Assembly (NCBI GenBank): GCA_963758295.1
Contig: CAVWUU010000004.1
Coordinates: 608,001-672,000, forward strand
Source of the DNA: Candidatus Eremiobacteria bacterium
GTDB taxonomy: Bacteria > Vulcanimicrobiota > Vulcanimicrobiia > Vulcanimicrobiales > Vulcanimicrobiaceae
Direction: 5' to 3'
Length of the DNA stretch: 64,000 nt
The notes under the pieces are model-generated. The model was not told the DNA's origin. It ran no database searches and saw only the letters and a list, made by a program, of their open reading frames with translations. Numbering within the stretch: position 1 is the stretch's first letter; every line of letters begins with the position of its first letter. Both the position numbers and the translations under genes were made by a program. Below are positions 29,266-39,698 of the stretch, in pieces.

Positions 29266-32200
29266 ATGCTGCCGTTAATCGGCGCGGCGCTACTCGCCGC
29301 CGCACTCAATCCCGTAACGCTGGTCGATCCCTTCGTCGGCACATCCGGCACGGTCATCGGCGGACCGGTCGATGATTATCCCGGCGCAGACGCGCCCTTC
29401 GGCATGGTGCAATGGAGTCCCGACACGCCGTCCTCGCCGCCGAGCGGCGCGTATGATTATAAAGATACCGCCCTCACCGGTTTTAGCTTGACGCATATTT
29501 CCGGCGCAGGCTGCAACATCTTCACCGATTTCCGCGTGACGCCCACCGTGGGCACCGTTCAAGATCCGGCAAACGTAAAGTTGGCGTTCTCGCACGCCGG
29601 CGAAACCGCAACGCCCGGATACTACGCCGTTACGGCCGGTTCGCCGGCGATTAAAACGGAGCTTGCCGTTACGCCGCGGACCGGAGCCGGCGCATTTACG
29701 TTTCCCGCGGTACCGCAAGCCAATCTTCTGATCAACGTTTCTTCAGATCAAGCGGGCGCAAACGATTCATCTTTCACGGTCAGCGGCCCGAGGGAAATCA
29801 GCGGATCGGTAACGAGCGGCTCGTTTTGCGGATTGCCGAACACGTTCACGGCGTACGTCGTGATGCGATTCGACCGGCCGTTCGCCTCGTACGGAACGTG
29901 GCACGGCACAACCGTTGAACCGAACACGTCTTCCGTTCGCGGACCCAATGCCGGCGGCTACGTGACGTTCGACACGCGCACGAACGCAACGGTTCATGCG
30001 CAGGTTTCCGTTTCCTGGGTTTCCGTCGACGGTGCGCGCGCGAACCTGCAGGCCGAGGCGAAAACCTGGGACGTAGGTGCGGTGCGCGATGCGACGGCGG
30101 CAGCGTGGCAACGTTTGCTTTCCGAAGTTTCCGTTGAGGGCGGTACGCCCGCAGAACAACGCACGTTTTACACGGCGCTGTACCATTCGCTGCTCTTTCC
30201 GAGCCTCTTTAGCGACGCCGACGGCTCGTATCGCGGCTTTGATAACCGCGTGCATCACGTGGCGCCGGGACACGCGGAATATGCGAATTTCTCCGGGTGG
30301 GACATCTACCGCACGCAAATTCCGCTCATTGCCTTACTGGCACCGCATGAAACGAGTGACATGATGCGTTCGATGGTTGATGCATCCGCACAGATGGGCT
30401 GGCTGCCGAAGTGGCCGGTGGCCAACGGCGAAAGCGGTGTAATGGGCGGTGACTCCGCCGACCCGATTCTTGCCGGCGCCTACGCATATGGCGCGCGCGA
30501 CTTCAACGCTCGAGCCGCACTGCGGGCGATGGTAAAAGGCGCGAGTGACACGGCCGGCGTGCCCGGGCAGGGCTGGTACGTGGAACGCCAAGGGCTGGAC
30601 GAGTACCTTCATTACGGCTACGTTACGAACGCTCATACCACCGACGTTTCGCCCGTGCCCAACGGCGCCTCGGTAACGCTGGAGTATTCGGTCGATGACT
30701 TCGCAATTGCCGAATTCGCGCGCGCGGTCGGTGACACCGCCACGTATAACACTTATCTGCGACGCTCGCAAAATTGGACGCATCTGTACGATAATTCGAA
30801 CGGCCTCATCGCGCCGCGCGACGGCGACGGCGCGTTCATGGATACGCCGATCACCGAAAGCGGCCAAAGCGGATTCCAAGAAGGCAACTCGTGGCAATAC
30901 ACCTGGATGGTGCCGCAAAATCTCGGGGGGCTCGTTTATGCAATGGGCGGGCGTGATGCGGCGCGCTCGCGCCTTGACTGGTTCTTCTCCCAGCTAAATG
31001 CAGGGCCGGCGCAACCGTTTGCGTGGTACGGCAATGAGCCCGGTTTCGCAGCCGCGTGGACGTATCTTTATGCCGGTGCACCGTACCGGGAAGAAGCGGT
31101 GGCGCGGCAAGTTATGTCGACGCTTTACCTGGACGCTCCCGACGGAATCCCGGGCAACGACGATCTGGGTGCAATGAGCTCCTGGTACGCGTGGAATGCG
31201 ATGGGGCTCTATCCGATCGATCCGCCGGTTCCACTATTGCTGGTCGGCACGCCGCTGTTCACGCACGTTACGCTTCATTCGCCCGGCGGAACGACGCTGG
31301 ACATCGACGCGCCCAATGCGGGCGACGGCGCGCCGTACGTTCGCGGATTGCGGATCGACGGCATCGCCACGAACAAGGCATGGTTGCGCCTGCCGCTCGG
31401 AGGCGCCACTGCGCTTTCATTCGACGTCGGCTCGGATCCGAATACGCAATTCGGCGCCGCGATCGCTGACGCGCCGCCCTCCTTCGGCATCGGACCGCTC
31501 GCGTTTCCCCCATCGACGCTCGCGTCGCTCACTGCGCCGCCGGCGTTCCTCGACGCGCAAACAACCAATGCCGGAACGCTCGCGTTTACCGTTTCAAATC
31601 CGGATTCCAAACCGGCAAGGGTTCGTCTCTCGGCGAGCACGACGCCGGGCGTTACGGCTTCGTTGGAAACGACCTCCATCACGGTTCCCGCTGCTTCAAG
31701 CGCGACGGTTAATGTAGGCGTAAAGACGACGCAACGGGGACTCTTCGACGTCTTCTTGCGTGGCAACGCCGCGAACGGCGCGGTGCTGTCGCACGCAACG
31801 GGCGTCGTTCGCGTCGCCGGGAACGCTGCGCTGCCGCTCGGTTTCGTAGCCAACTTCAGCGGAAACACCGTCATGCCGATCGATCCGCGCACCCATGCGT
31901 ACGGCGTGCCGATTCCCGTCGGAAAGAGTCCGGGCGGCATTGCGCTCTCGCCCGATAATGCGCGCGCGTATGTCGCGAATCAGGCGAGCAACGACGTTTC
32001 CGTGATCGATACGCAAAAATTGCAGGTCGTCGCGACGGTGAAAACAGGCGGCGTCCCCGCGGGCATTCAGTTAGCCCCGACGGGAAACAGCTCTGGGTTG
32101 CAAACTATGCCGACGGTACCGCGCAAGCGATCGATACACAGACGCTCGTTGCGGCGGCGCCCGTCAAAGTCGGGCGTCATCCCGAAGGCCTCGCGATTTC

Positions 32201-32711
32201 GCCGGACGGCCGCACGGTTTACGTCGTCGATCAAGATGACAACGCCGTGACGGCAATCGACGTAGCTAAAGCTGTGAACGTCGGAACGTTCGCAACGGGC
32301 GCGCGTCCGTTAGGCGTCGTGGTTTCACGCGACGGCTCGAAGCTTTACGTGAGCAACGCGGGAGAAAATACCGTGAGCGTCATCGATGCGCAAGGCGGTA
32401 AATCTCTCGCTGTCATTGCGGTGGGTAAAGTTCCGCAAGGCATGGCGCTCTCCGGCGACGGCTCGTTGCTGTTGGTTGCGAACTCCGGCTCGAACGACGT
32501 AACGCCGATTACTACGGCGACGAATCGTGCCCGCCCCGCAATTCGCGCCGGCAACGGACCGTTCGACGTGGCGTTCGGACCGGATGGTACCACGGCACTC
32601 GTTGCGAACACGGGCGACAACGAATGCGTCCCGATCGACCTCGCACAGGGCCGCGCGCTCACTCCCGTCCCCACCGGCAGCTTCCCCATCGCCCTCGCTC
32701 TCCCGCGCTAA
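29266..32711 (+). CDS. GH92 alpha-mannosidase fused to an Ig-like domain and a YVTN/YncE beta-propeller (single frameshift at ~32075-32078)
   Basis: VDPFVGT, PFGMVQWSPDT, THISGAGC, SGWDIYR, GNEP, PGNDDLGAMSSWY. Adding one C to CCCC restores PDGKQLWVANYADG and joins ORF 32247..32711. Confidence 0.92.
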
Positions 32712-32785
32712 AGTCCCAACCCTCGTGACGGGGTGGCGGAGGGTCTGCGGGATGACAAGCTGGGCGCACGTTGGTAGGAAAGAAT

Positions 32786-32794
32786 CATCCGATG
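32786..32794. promoter_or_regulatory. Operator copy upstream of the TonB-dependent receptor gene
   Basis: CATCCGATG, identical to the core at 14773-14781, ~95 nt before ATG 32890; a partial copy CATCCGA lies at 32861. Confidence 0.62.
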
Positions 32795-32889
32795 TCTTAA
32801 GGTATGGCTATCGAAGAACGCGCATTTCGGCCCTGATTACTCGGTAGATTCGTTGCTAGCCATCCGACCTTCTCGGAAGGAGCCCATCA

Positions 32890-35800
32890 ATGGTTCGAGT
32901 GATTCTACGCCCTCTGCTCGCTATAGCCGTTCTCATTTGCATGCTCTCTCAGAGCATGCCGCCGGCATTTGCCGGAACGGTGGGCACGATCTCCGGAACG
33001 GTCGTGCAAGCGAACACTCATGCCCCTGTTGCGGGCGCCTTGGTAACCGCTACTTCAGCTAGCGGTACACAGCGTGCCCACACCGATTCTCACGGTTTTT
33101 ACTCGATGAACGGTTTGAACCCGGACACCTACACCGTTTCCTTCGAACGCGAAGGCTTCACGCAAGCGTCCGAAGCCGGTGTCACGGTGGTGGCCGATCA
33201 AACCGCACGCGTCGACATTTCGCTGCAAGCCGCCCTCAAGACGATCGCACGGACGACGTCGCGAGCGACGGGTGGCGCCTTTCAGCCGCATCAGACGGCA
33301 GACACGTATACGGTTGGACCGGAGCAAATACAAAACATCCAAGGCAATGCCGCAAATATCAGCGAGAAAAGCTTGTTGACGGCGCTGCCCGGCGTGCAGT
33401 ATAGCTCCGGCGATAATCCGACGATTCGCGGCGGACGTACGAACAACGTCGACTACGAATTCGAAGGCATGAATTACACGGACCCGTATACGCAAAAGAA
33501 TATCAACGGGTTCAATTTCCCATCGTTCGGACTGCAATCGGTGCAAGTCTCACCGGGCAACGAAGACGAATCGTTCGGTAACTCCGGAGTTGGAACGGTT
33601 AACGTCGTCGCCCGGCGCGGCACGTACCCCGGCACGTTCGATGCGGTGCTGGCAACCGGTGGTCCGGGCTTCATGCATAATGCGAGCTTCGGCTACGGCG
33701 TTGCAACGCCTGATCAGCGTTTTTCCGAATATTTGAGTTACACGGCCGAGAACAACGCCCCACGGTACGGCGGCATTTATTGGAAAGCCGACGCCAACGA
33801 CATCGGGGTGAAAGACTATCCGATGGTGCTTACCGACCGCGAATTCCTGAGCAATACGCTCTTTCATTTCGGTCGCGACAACAAATTCGGATTCCAGTTT
33901 CTCTATAACAACGGCTTGCACGTCACCGACGGCGGCTACGGCGATTATCTCGCATCGCAGCTTTGCTATTTCTCGTGCGATCCGAATCAAGTCGGCGTAT
34001 TTGCAAGTGATTCGCCGAACGCCGGCATCGGCGGCATCGGCTACACCGGCTACTTTGACAAGAACGGCGTCGGCCACCCCGGCTTGACGCTTTCGCAAAT
34101 TCAAAATCTGCTCGTCCTGTGGCCCGGACAAACGCAAGTCAATCAGTTTATGAACGGCCGTCCCGAGTATTCGGAAAACGGCACGGACAACGGTACGAAA
34201 GCCCAGCTAACGTACAATCCAAACTCGTCGACGTACTTATTCGCCGGATGGGATACGACCAACGGCATCACGACGGCCGATAGCCCGAACGCCGCGCTCT
34301 ACCGTCTAGTCGGCGGTTACAACGACGAATATCACGCGGGATTGCAGAAGACGTTGAGCCAGAAGAACATGTTTCGCTTCAACGTCGACGCGTCGCACGG
34401 AATTCCGATCAACGAAGGGTACTTCCCGAACGACGAACTCTTCAACATCGCGCCGGTTTTCGAAGGCGTAGGGGAACTCTACGACTTTATCTCCCCGAGC
34501 GATCCCAACTGCCCGATCGGACACGATGCGAGCGGGAACAGCTACTGCGGCCATTTGTACAATGCGCTCGGGCTTAGCCCGTCCTCGCAAACCGGCACGC
34601 TGAAACTCATTCCCGGCGGTGCAGGTACGCGCATCAAAGGCTCGTCGTTCTCGGCCAGCGTCGGCGATTCGTGGACGCCAAACGACAAGCTAAAGATCGA
34701 TGCCGGCGTGCGCGTCGAACATCACGATTACAGCTTGCCGCCCTATGGCCAGCTTCCGGATTGTACGTCGTACTATGTGCCGGTTGCTTATCAAACGCCC
34801 ACACCGGGCACGCTACCCGACGGAGAAACGGGCGAGTTCGTGAACGGCGCCCCGGTCGGGCCCGGCAACTGCCCCAAAGCGGTCTTCCTGCCGCTCACGA
34901 AACAACAAACGTCGCCAACGGTTCCGGAACCTCGCTTCGCGGCTTCGTATCAGCTGGGACTGAACGATGCGTTGCGCTTCTCCTATGGACGCACGGCCCG
35001 CTTTCCCGAGGGCATCACGAGCGACTACGGCCCGCCGCCCACCTTTCGGCGCTCAGTTCTCCGGGCTGCCGGCCTTCTTGAATCCCGGCATGTTCGCCGC
35101 GACCGGCATCTACAACCCGAATACGTACTACAAGAGTACGGATCCAAATGACTATTATGGCCGCCGCGGTATTCCAACGGACTGCGGCTTCGTGAATCAC
35201 TGGGTGCCGTGCCAGTCGTACCAAGAGCAGCTCTATTGGTCGGTGGAAAACGGCGACTTCGGCAACCCGATTGCGCCGCTTTCGCCGGTGACATACAGCA
35301 ACTTCGACGTGTCGTGGTCGCACCAGTTCAAGGGAAACCTCTCGTTAAAGCTTACGGGCTGGACACGACGCGCGTACGACCTTGACATCATCCAGCCGAT
35401 TCCGCAAGAGAGCCTCTTCGGCTCCGTGATCATTGGACCGGACGGCAGCGTTTCGAACTACATCTTGAAGATTCCGACGAACGACGGCATCGAAAATGCC
35501 GACGGATTGGAATTTTTCTTGACGAAGCTCAATCCAATTGGTCTCTCGGGACAAGTCTCGGCAACGTATAACAACGTCCGCCAGAACGTTCCACCGACCG
35601 GCGCGGATGAGTTTCACGGTTTGCTCACGTCGAATACCGCGGGCCAACTCTTCCGGGTCGGCTACGTATCGCCGTTCACTTCGGCGCTTGCACTATCGTA
35701 TAAAACGCGGAACGGCTGGCGCTTGCAAACGCGTTGGGATTACGACATAGGGTATCCGTACGGTGACGGCTTGCTCACGAGCTTCGCGTACGCGGGCAAG

Positions 35801-36334
35801 ACGTACAACGTCCCGCATACGAACGTGACGGGCGGCGGACAAACGCAGTACATCGATCCATCGAATCCCGGTTCGGTCTTCCATCCGAATATTGCGGCAA
35901 CGCTGGGCGTGCCGGAATCGAATCAGGCGGCCGGACAGCTTTCGCACGATAATCTCGTCGCGTCGATGACGCTCGAGAAGACCGTCGGAGCCGGCGCGAT
36001 CGGCATCACGATCAACAACCTCTTCAACGAAGCGTACTCCGGACCGACGTACCCGATCGGCGACTTCGGCGCAGAGATCCAAGGACCGTTCACCGCGTTG
36101 AATTCCGGTTCGTACTATCAGGGCGGCGGATTCAAGTTGAATGGAAACTACCAGCCGGTTGCGACCGGCATCGGTGGGCCGCTGACCGGCTATCAAACGA
36201 ACTGCACGCCGAACCCGGCTGCCGGCATTACCTGCCAGACAACGGGCGGCGGAGTCAACGGCCGCGGCGCGTATATCAACGTTCCGAACGCGATCGGCCG
36301 CTCGTTCTACGTTTACTACACGGTGCACATCTAG
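32890..36334 (+). CDS. TonB-dependent receptor-like outer-membrane protein (single frameshift at ~35044-35046)
   Basis: Signal peptide; carboxypeptidase-regulatory-like N-domain (GTISGTV..TDSHGFY..L.PDTYTV); plug (LPGV..PTIRGG); PEPRFAASY; terminal strand GRSFYVYYTVHI. Removing one T joins the two ORFs into ~1147 aa. Confidence 0.85.
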
Positions 36335-36342
36335 GAGAGCAC

Positions 36343-37536
36343 ATGAAGATTCATCTTCTGCGAACCGCACTTATCGTTACGGTTTCGGCCGCTCTCGCGG
36401 GATGCGGCGGCGTGACCAACGGCAATTCGTATACGCCGACGCAAACGCCCGGCAACACTCTGCAAAGCAGCAAAGTGCAACTTGCCGCCGGCACGGCAAG
36501 ATTGCCTGACGGCACGACGGGACTGAACCTCGTCTCGACGTTCAGACAGTCGAACGGGCTGAGCGCCGCGCTCGTAAATACGCCCTCGGTTACCGGGCCC
36601 GCCGGATTCACCGTGCCGGCGACGTCGCTTGCCGGCAACGGCCAAGGCGGCTCCGGAACCGATGCCGGTACAAATGCCATCACTGCGCTTCTTCCGTCGT
36701 TCTTGCCGGCTCCGGCTACATCGACGACGTTCGGAGCCGTCGGTGGCGATTTCGCGTCGGGATTCGGCAACTTCAACAACACGACGAACGGCAACACCGC
36801 TTTCTATCCGGGACAGGCGAGCGGCCCTTCACCGGCGTGGGGACAACCGTTCTACGTGACGTCCATTCCGTTTTCCGGAGTGTTGCCTTCGGGAACGAGC
36901 AACGTGCTGCCGCAACCGTACATCGTCGGACCGCCGGCGGTGCCGTTCTTCGACGATGGCACGTTCCCGCAAAACTTCGCGGGGTACATGAGCGGCTTTA
37001 CCGCGTTCGCGGCGACGCCGGTAAGCGGCGATTACAAGCTCAGCGAAGCCGTCGCAACGTCGAACACCTCGCAGACTTTCACCTATTCCGCCACGGCAAC
37101 GCTCTCCAACCTTACGCCGCTGCCGGCGCTTCCGGCGCCGTCCTTCACGAAAGATGGAACCGGCGGTGGTACGGCCACGATCACGATCCCGTCGGATCCG
37201 CGCATCGTGGAGACGCTCGTCTATGTCGTTGATATCGCACCGGGACGCAACAACAACTTGTACTTTGCGAGCGCTCCGATCAAGGGTACCGGCACGCAGA
37301 CCTTCACGCTTCCCAATAATCTGGGCGTGTGCGCCGTCCTCGTGCCGGGCTGCAACACTTCGCATCCGGGTGCCTCGATCGCCTCGGGCGATCAGTATCT
37401 CGTGTACGCGGTGAGCTTTGACTACCCGCAGTTCGAAGCCGAACCGCCCGGAAACACGTCGCAAACGCCGACGATTTCCGGTACGGGCGGCCAGGCCGAC
37501 ATCAGCATGTCTCCGGCGCTCTCGGGAGTTTACTAA
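36343..37536 (+). CDS. Hypothetical Pro/Thr/Gly-rich lipoprotein downstream of the receptor
   Basis: LAGC lipobox; AGGAG RBS overlapping the receptor stop; beta-rich composition. Confidence 0.85.
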   Translation: MKIHLLRTALIVTVSAALAGCGGVTNGNSYTPTQTPGNTLQSSKVQLAAGTARLPDGTTGLNLVSTFRQSNGLSAALVNTPSVTGPAGFTVPATSLAGNGQGGSGTDAGTNAITALLPSFLPAPATSTTFGAVGGDFASGFGNFNNTTNGNTAFYPGQASGPSPAWGQPFYVTSIPFSGVLPSGTSNVLPQPYIVGPPAVPFFDDGTFPQNFAGYMSGFTAFAATPVSGDYKLSEAVATSNTSQTFTYSATATLSNLTPLPALPAPSFTKDGTGGGTATITIPSDPRIVETLVYVVDIAPGRNNNLYFASAPIKGTGTQTFTLPNNLGVCAVLVPGCNTSHPGASIASGDQYLVYAVSFDYPQFEAEPPGNTSQTPTISGTGGQADISMSPALSGVY

Positions 37537-37539
37537 CCG

Positions 37540-38847
37540 CTACTCCACTAGCGAAGTAATCCCGCGCTGGTAAAGCGCCTCGCGATTTCCGGCGTTCCGT
37601 TGCAGCACGATCTGCGCGCGAACGCCGGAGTCGACGAGCCGCATGTAGCGCTCCAATAAATCGTCCGATCCCTCGTCATTCGGAATCACGAGCGCGTGCG
37701 GACGTTTCAACACTTGAGGCGGCGTGCGGTCAAACTCCGCAATCAAGGCCGCAAGGCGTTTGCCGAGCGGCTTGAGCCGCCGATCGTTCGTGTACAACCC
37801 CAAGTCATATTCCAGTTTGTTGAAGCCGGTAAAACGCTCGCCGACATCGTGCGAGCACCACCACGTAATGCCGAAAAGATGATCGCAGCTCGCGGCGTTG
37901 CGAACCGACGCTTCCGCCCAATCCGGAATGAGGCTTTCAGGCATCCACTGTTTCGAACATCCGTCTTCTTCTATCCAAATCGTACGGGCGCCGTGCGTCG
38001 AAAACGCCTGAATGTACTGCACCAAGAACTCACTGTAGTGTTTGGCGGCCGTGCTCAACGGGCCGTATTTTTTATAGATCGGTCCGAAGCCGGCCCACGG
38101 ATGCACGCAACTCGCGCTTCCCGCGCGGCTCAACCCCTCGCGCGTAAACGCATGCAGTTCCTTGGATTCATACGGCCATTTATCCACGCCGTTTACGTGA
38201 AATTTTCCCGGCGCTACGGAGTCGCAATGGTCCAATAAGGCGTTCATCCACGCATCGCCTTGCGTGGGCGTATATTTAACGTGCAGCGGTTCCGTAAACC
38301 AATAGACTTCGTTCGAAATGTCGAAGCCTAGGAAGTGCGGGTGATTGCCGATCCGTGTGGCAATAGCGCTGAACAGGCGTTGCTGCGTCTGCCATAGTTT
38401 TCGATCGGTGATGAAATTACGAATGTGGCCGTCTTGATTATCGATTAGCCATGGCGGAACGAAAAGAAATCCACTGAGCTGTCCATCGAGGACGGTAACC
38501 TGAACGTCTAAGCCAAGCCTGCCGGCGTCGTTTATCAGTTGCTCCAAACGATCAACGTGCTCGCTGCTTACCGAGGCTTCGTTCGGCTGAAATTGCGGCC
38601 ACAACAGCTGGATGCGAATGTGGTCCATGCCAAGCGCGGCAATATCGTGCAGATCGCGTCGAATGGCTTCGCGATCCCAATCGCCCCAAACGTACCACCA
38701 GTGCTTCGACGGCACGTAATTCGCGCCGAATCGAACGCGACGCCGGTGCGTTGCCGCTGCTGCGGGCATCGGAAACGCCGTTGCAGCGATGCCGCTCGCG
38801 GCCACTGCAATAAATGCCGCTCGAGAGTGTGCTTCTTCGTTCGCCAT
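37540..38847 (-). CDS. GH5 glycosidase, subfamily GH5_18-like beta-mannosidase
   Basis: FGANYVPSKHWWY.W, LGMDHIR..LLWP.FQPN, DGQLSGF.FVP.W, SNE acid/base, WIEE nucleophile, TWWCSHD, LEYDLGL; Tat-like signal SRAAFI. Confidence 0.8.
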   Translation of the reverse strand: MANEEAHSRAAFIAVAASGIAATAFPMPAAAATHRRRVRFGANYVPSKHWWYVWGDWDREAIRRDLHDIAALGMDHIRIQLLWPQFQPNEASVSSEHVDRLEQLINDAGRLGLDVQVTVLDGQLSGFLFVPPWLIDNQDGHIRNFITDRKLWQTQQRLFSAIATRIGNHPHFLGFDISNEVYWFTEPLHVKYTPTQGDAWMNALLDHCDSVAPGKFHVNGVDKWPYESKELHAFTREGLSRAGSASCVHPWAGFGPIYKKYGPLSTAAKHYSEFLVQYIQAFSTHGARTIWIEEDGCSKQWMPESLIPDWAEASVRNAASCDHLFGITWWCSHDVGERFTGFNKLEYDLGLYTNDRRLKPLGKRLAALIAEFDRTPPQVLKRPHALVIPNDEGSDDLLERYMRLVDSGVRAQIVLQRNAGNREALYQRGITSLVE

Positions 38848-38890
38848 CAAAAGGGTGTTGCGAACGCCATTTCAAAGGCCCTTCTCTACC

Positions 38891-39559
38891 GTGCGAACAG
38901 TGTTGGAAGTCATCGTCGTTAATGCGCGCGAAGCACAAATCGCGCAGCGCGCAGGCGCCGGCCGGCTGGAATTGATTGCCCAACGGGAACGCGGCGGATT
39001 CACGCCGGATGCGCGCACGATCGAAAGCGTCGTTGCTGCGGTTTCTATTCCGGTGAACGTGATGGTTCGAACGCACGATCGGGGCTTTACCTATGACGCC
39101 GGTGATCGAGAGGCAATGGTCCGCGACGCGAAGCTCGCGTCGTCGCTGGGCGCCACTGCCATCGTCTCCGGCGCGCTGCTTCCGGATGGCCGCGTCGATA
39201 CGGATTTTGTTGAGGAACTATGCGACGCCGCAAAACTTCCCGCTACGTTCCACCGAGCGTTTGACGAAGCGCGTAATCCGCGCGTCGCATATGAATCGCT
39301 AGGGCGTGCGCCGATGATAACACGCGTCCTTACCTCGGGCGCGGCGGCAGACGCATGGCAAGGCCGCGCTTTGCTGCGTGAACTTGCTGCGGTGAATCGG
39401 CCCATCGTGCTTGCCGGTGTTGGTATCACCGCTGAGAACGCCGCCGCAATCGTCCGCGATACCGGCGCCGGGGAGATTCACGTTGGATCCGGAGCGCGCG
39501 TCCGAGGTGAGATCGATCCGCGCTCGATCGAACGAATCATCGAAGTCCTCAACTGTTAA
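38891..39559 (+). CDS. cutC: CutC-family (copper homeostasis) TIM-barrel protein
   Basis: Start reassigned to GTG 38891; GAGRLEL, GGFTP, VMVR, TFHRAFD, RVLTSG. Confidence 0.9.
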   Translation: MRTVLEVIVVNAREAQIAQRAGAGRLELIAQRERGGFTPDARTIESVVAAVSIPVNVMVRTHDRGFTYDAGDREAMVRDAKLASSLGATAIVSGALLPDGRVDTDFVEELCDAAKLPATFHRAFDEARNPRVAYESLGRAPMITRVLTSGAAADAWQGRALLRELAAVNRPIVLAGVGITAENAAAIVRDTGAGEIHVGSGARVRGEIDPRSIERIIEVLNC

Positions 39560-39698
39560 GGCCACAGTACGAGAGACAGCCGGCCGTTTGCCTGGCCTGT
39601 TCAAACGAATTATTCACGGCTAGCGAGGAGCCCACGTCACGCCGTGCGTATCGGAGCGTACGGGCCCGGCGCGCCGGCGAGAACTTTTCATCGCCGGA

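Noticed and set aside
32070..35050. Programmed frameshifting or phase variation in GH92 and the receptor
   Set aside because: The runs are only 3-4 nt with no slippery heptamer, and similar indels occur in unrelated genes
38891..39559. CutC as choline TMA-lyase
   Set aside because: Name clash only; this is the ~220 aa TIM-barrel CutC, not a glycyl-radical enzyme
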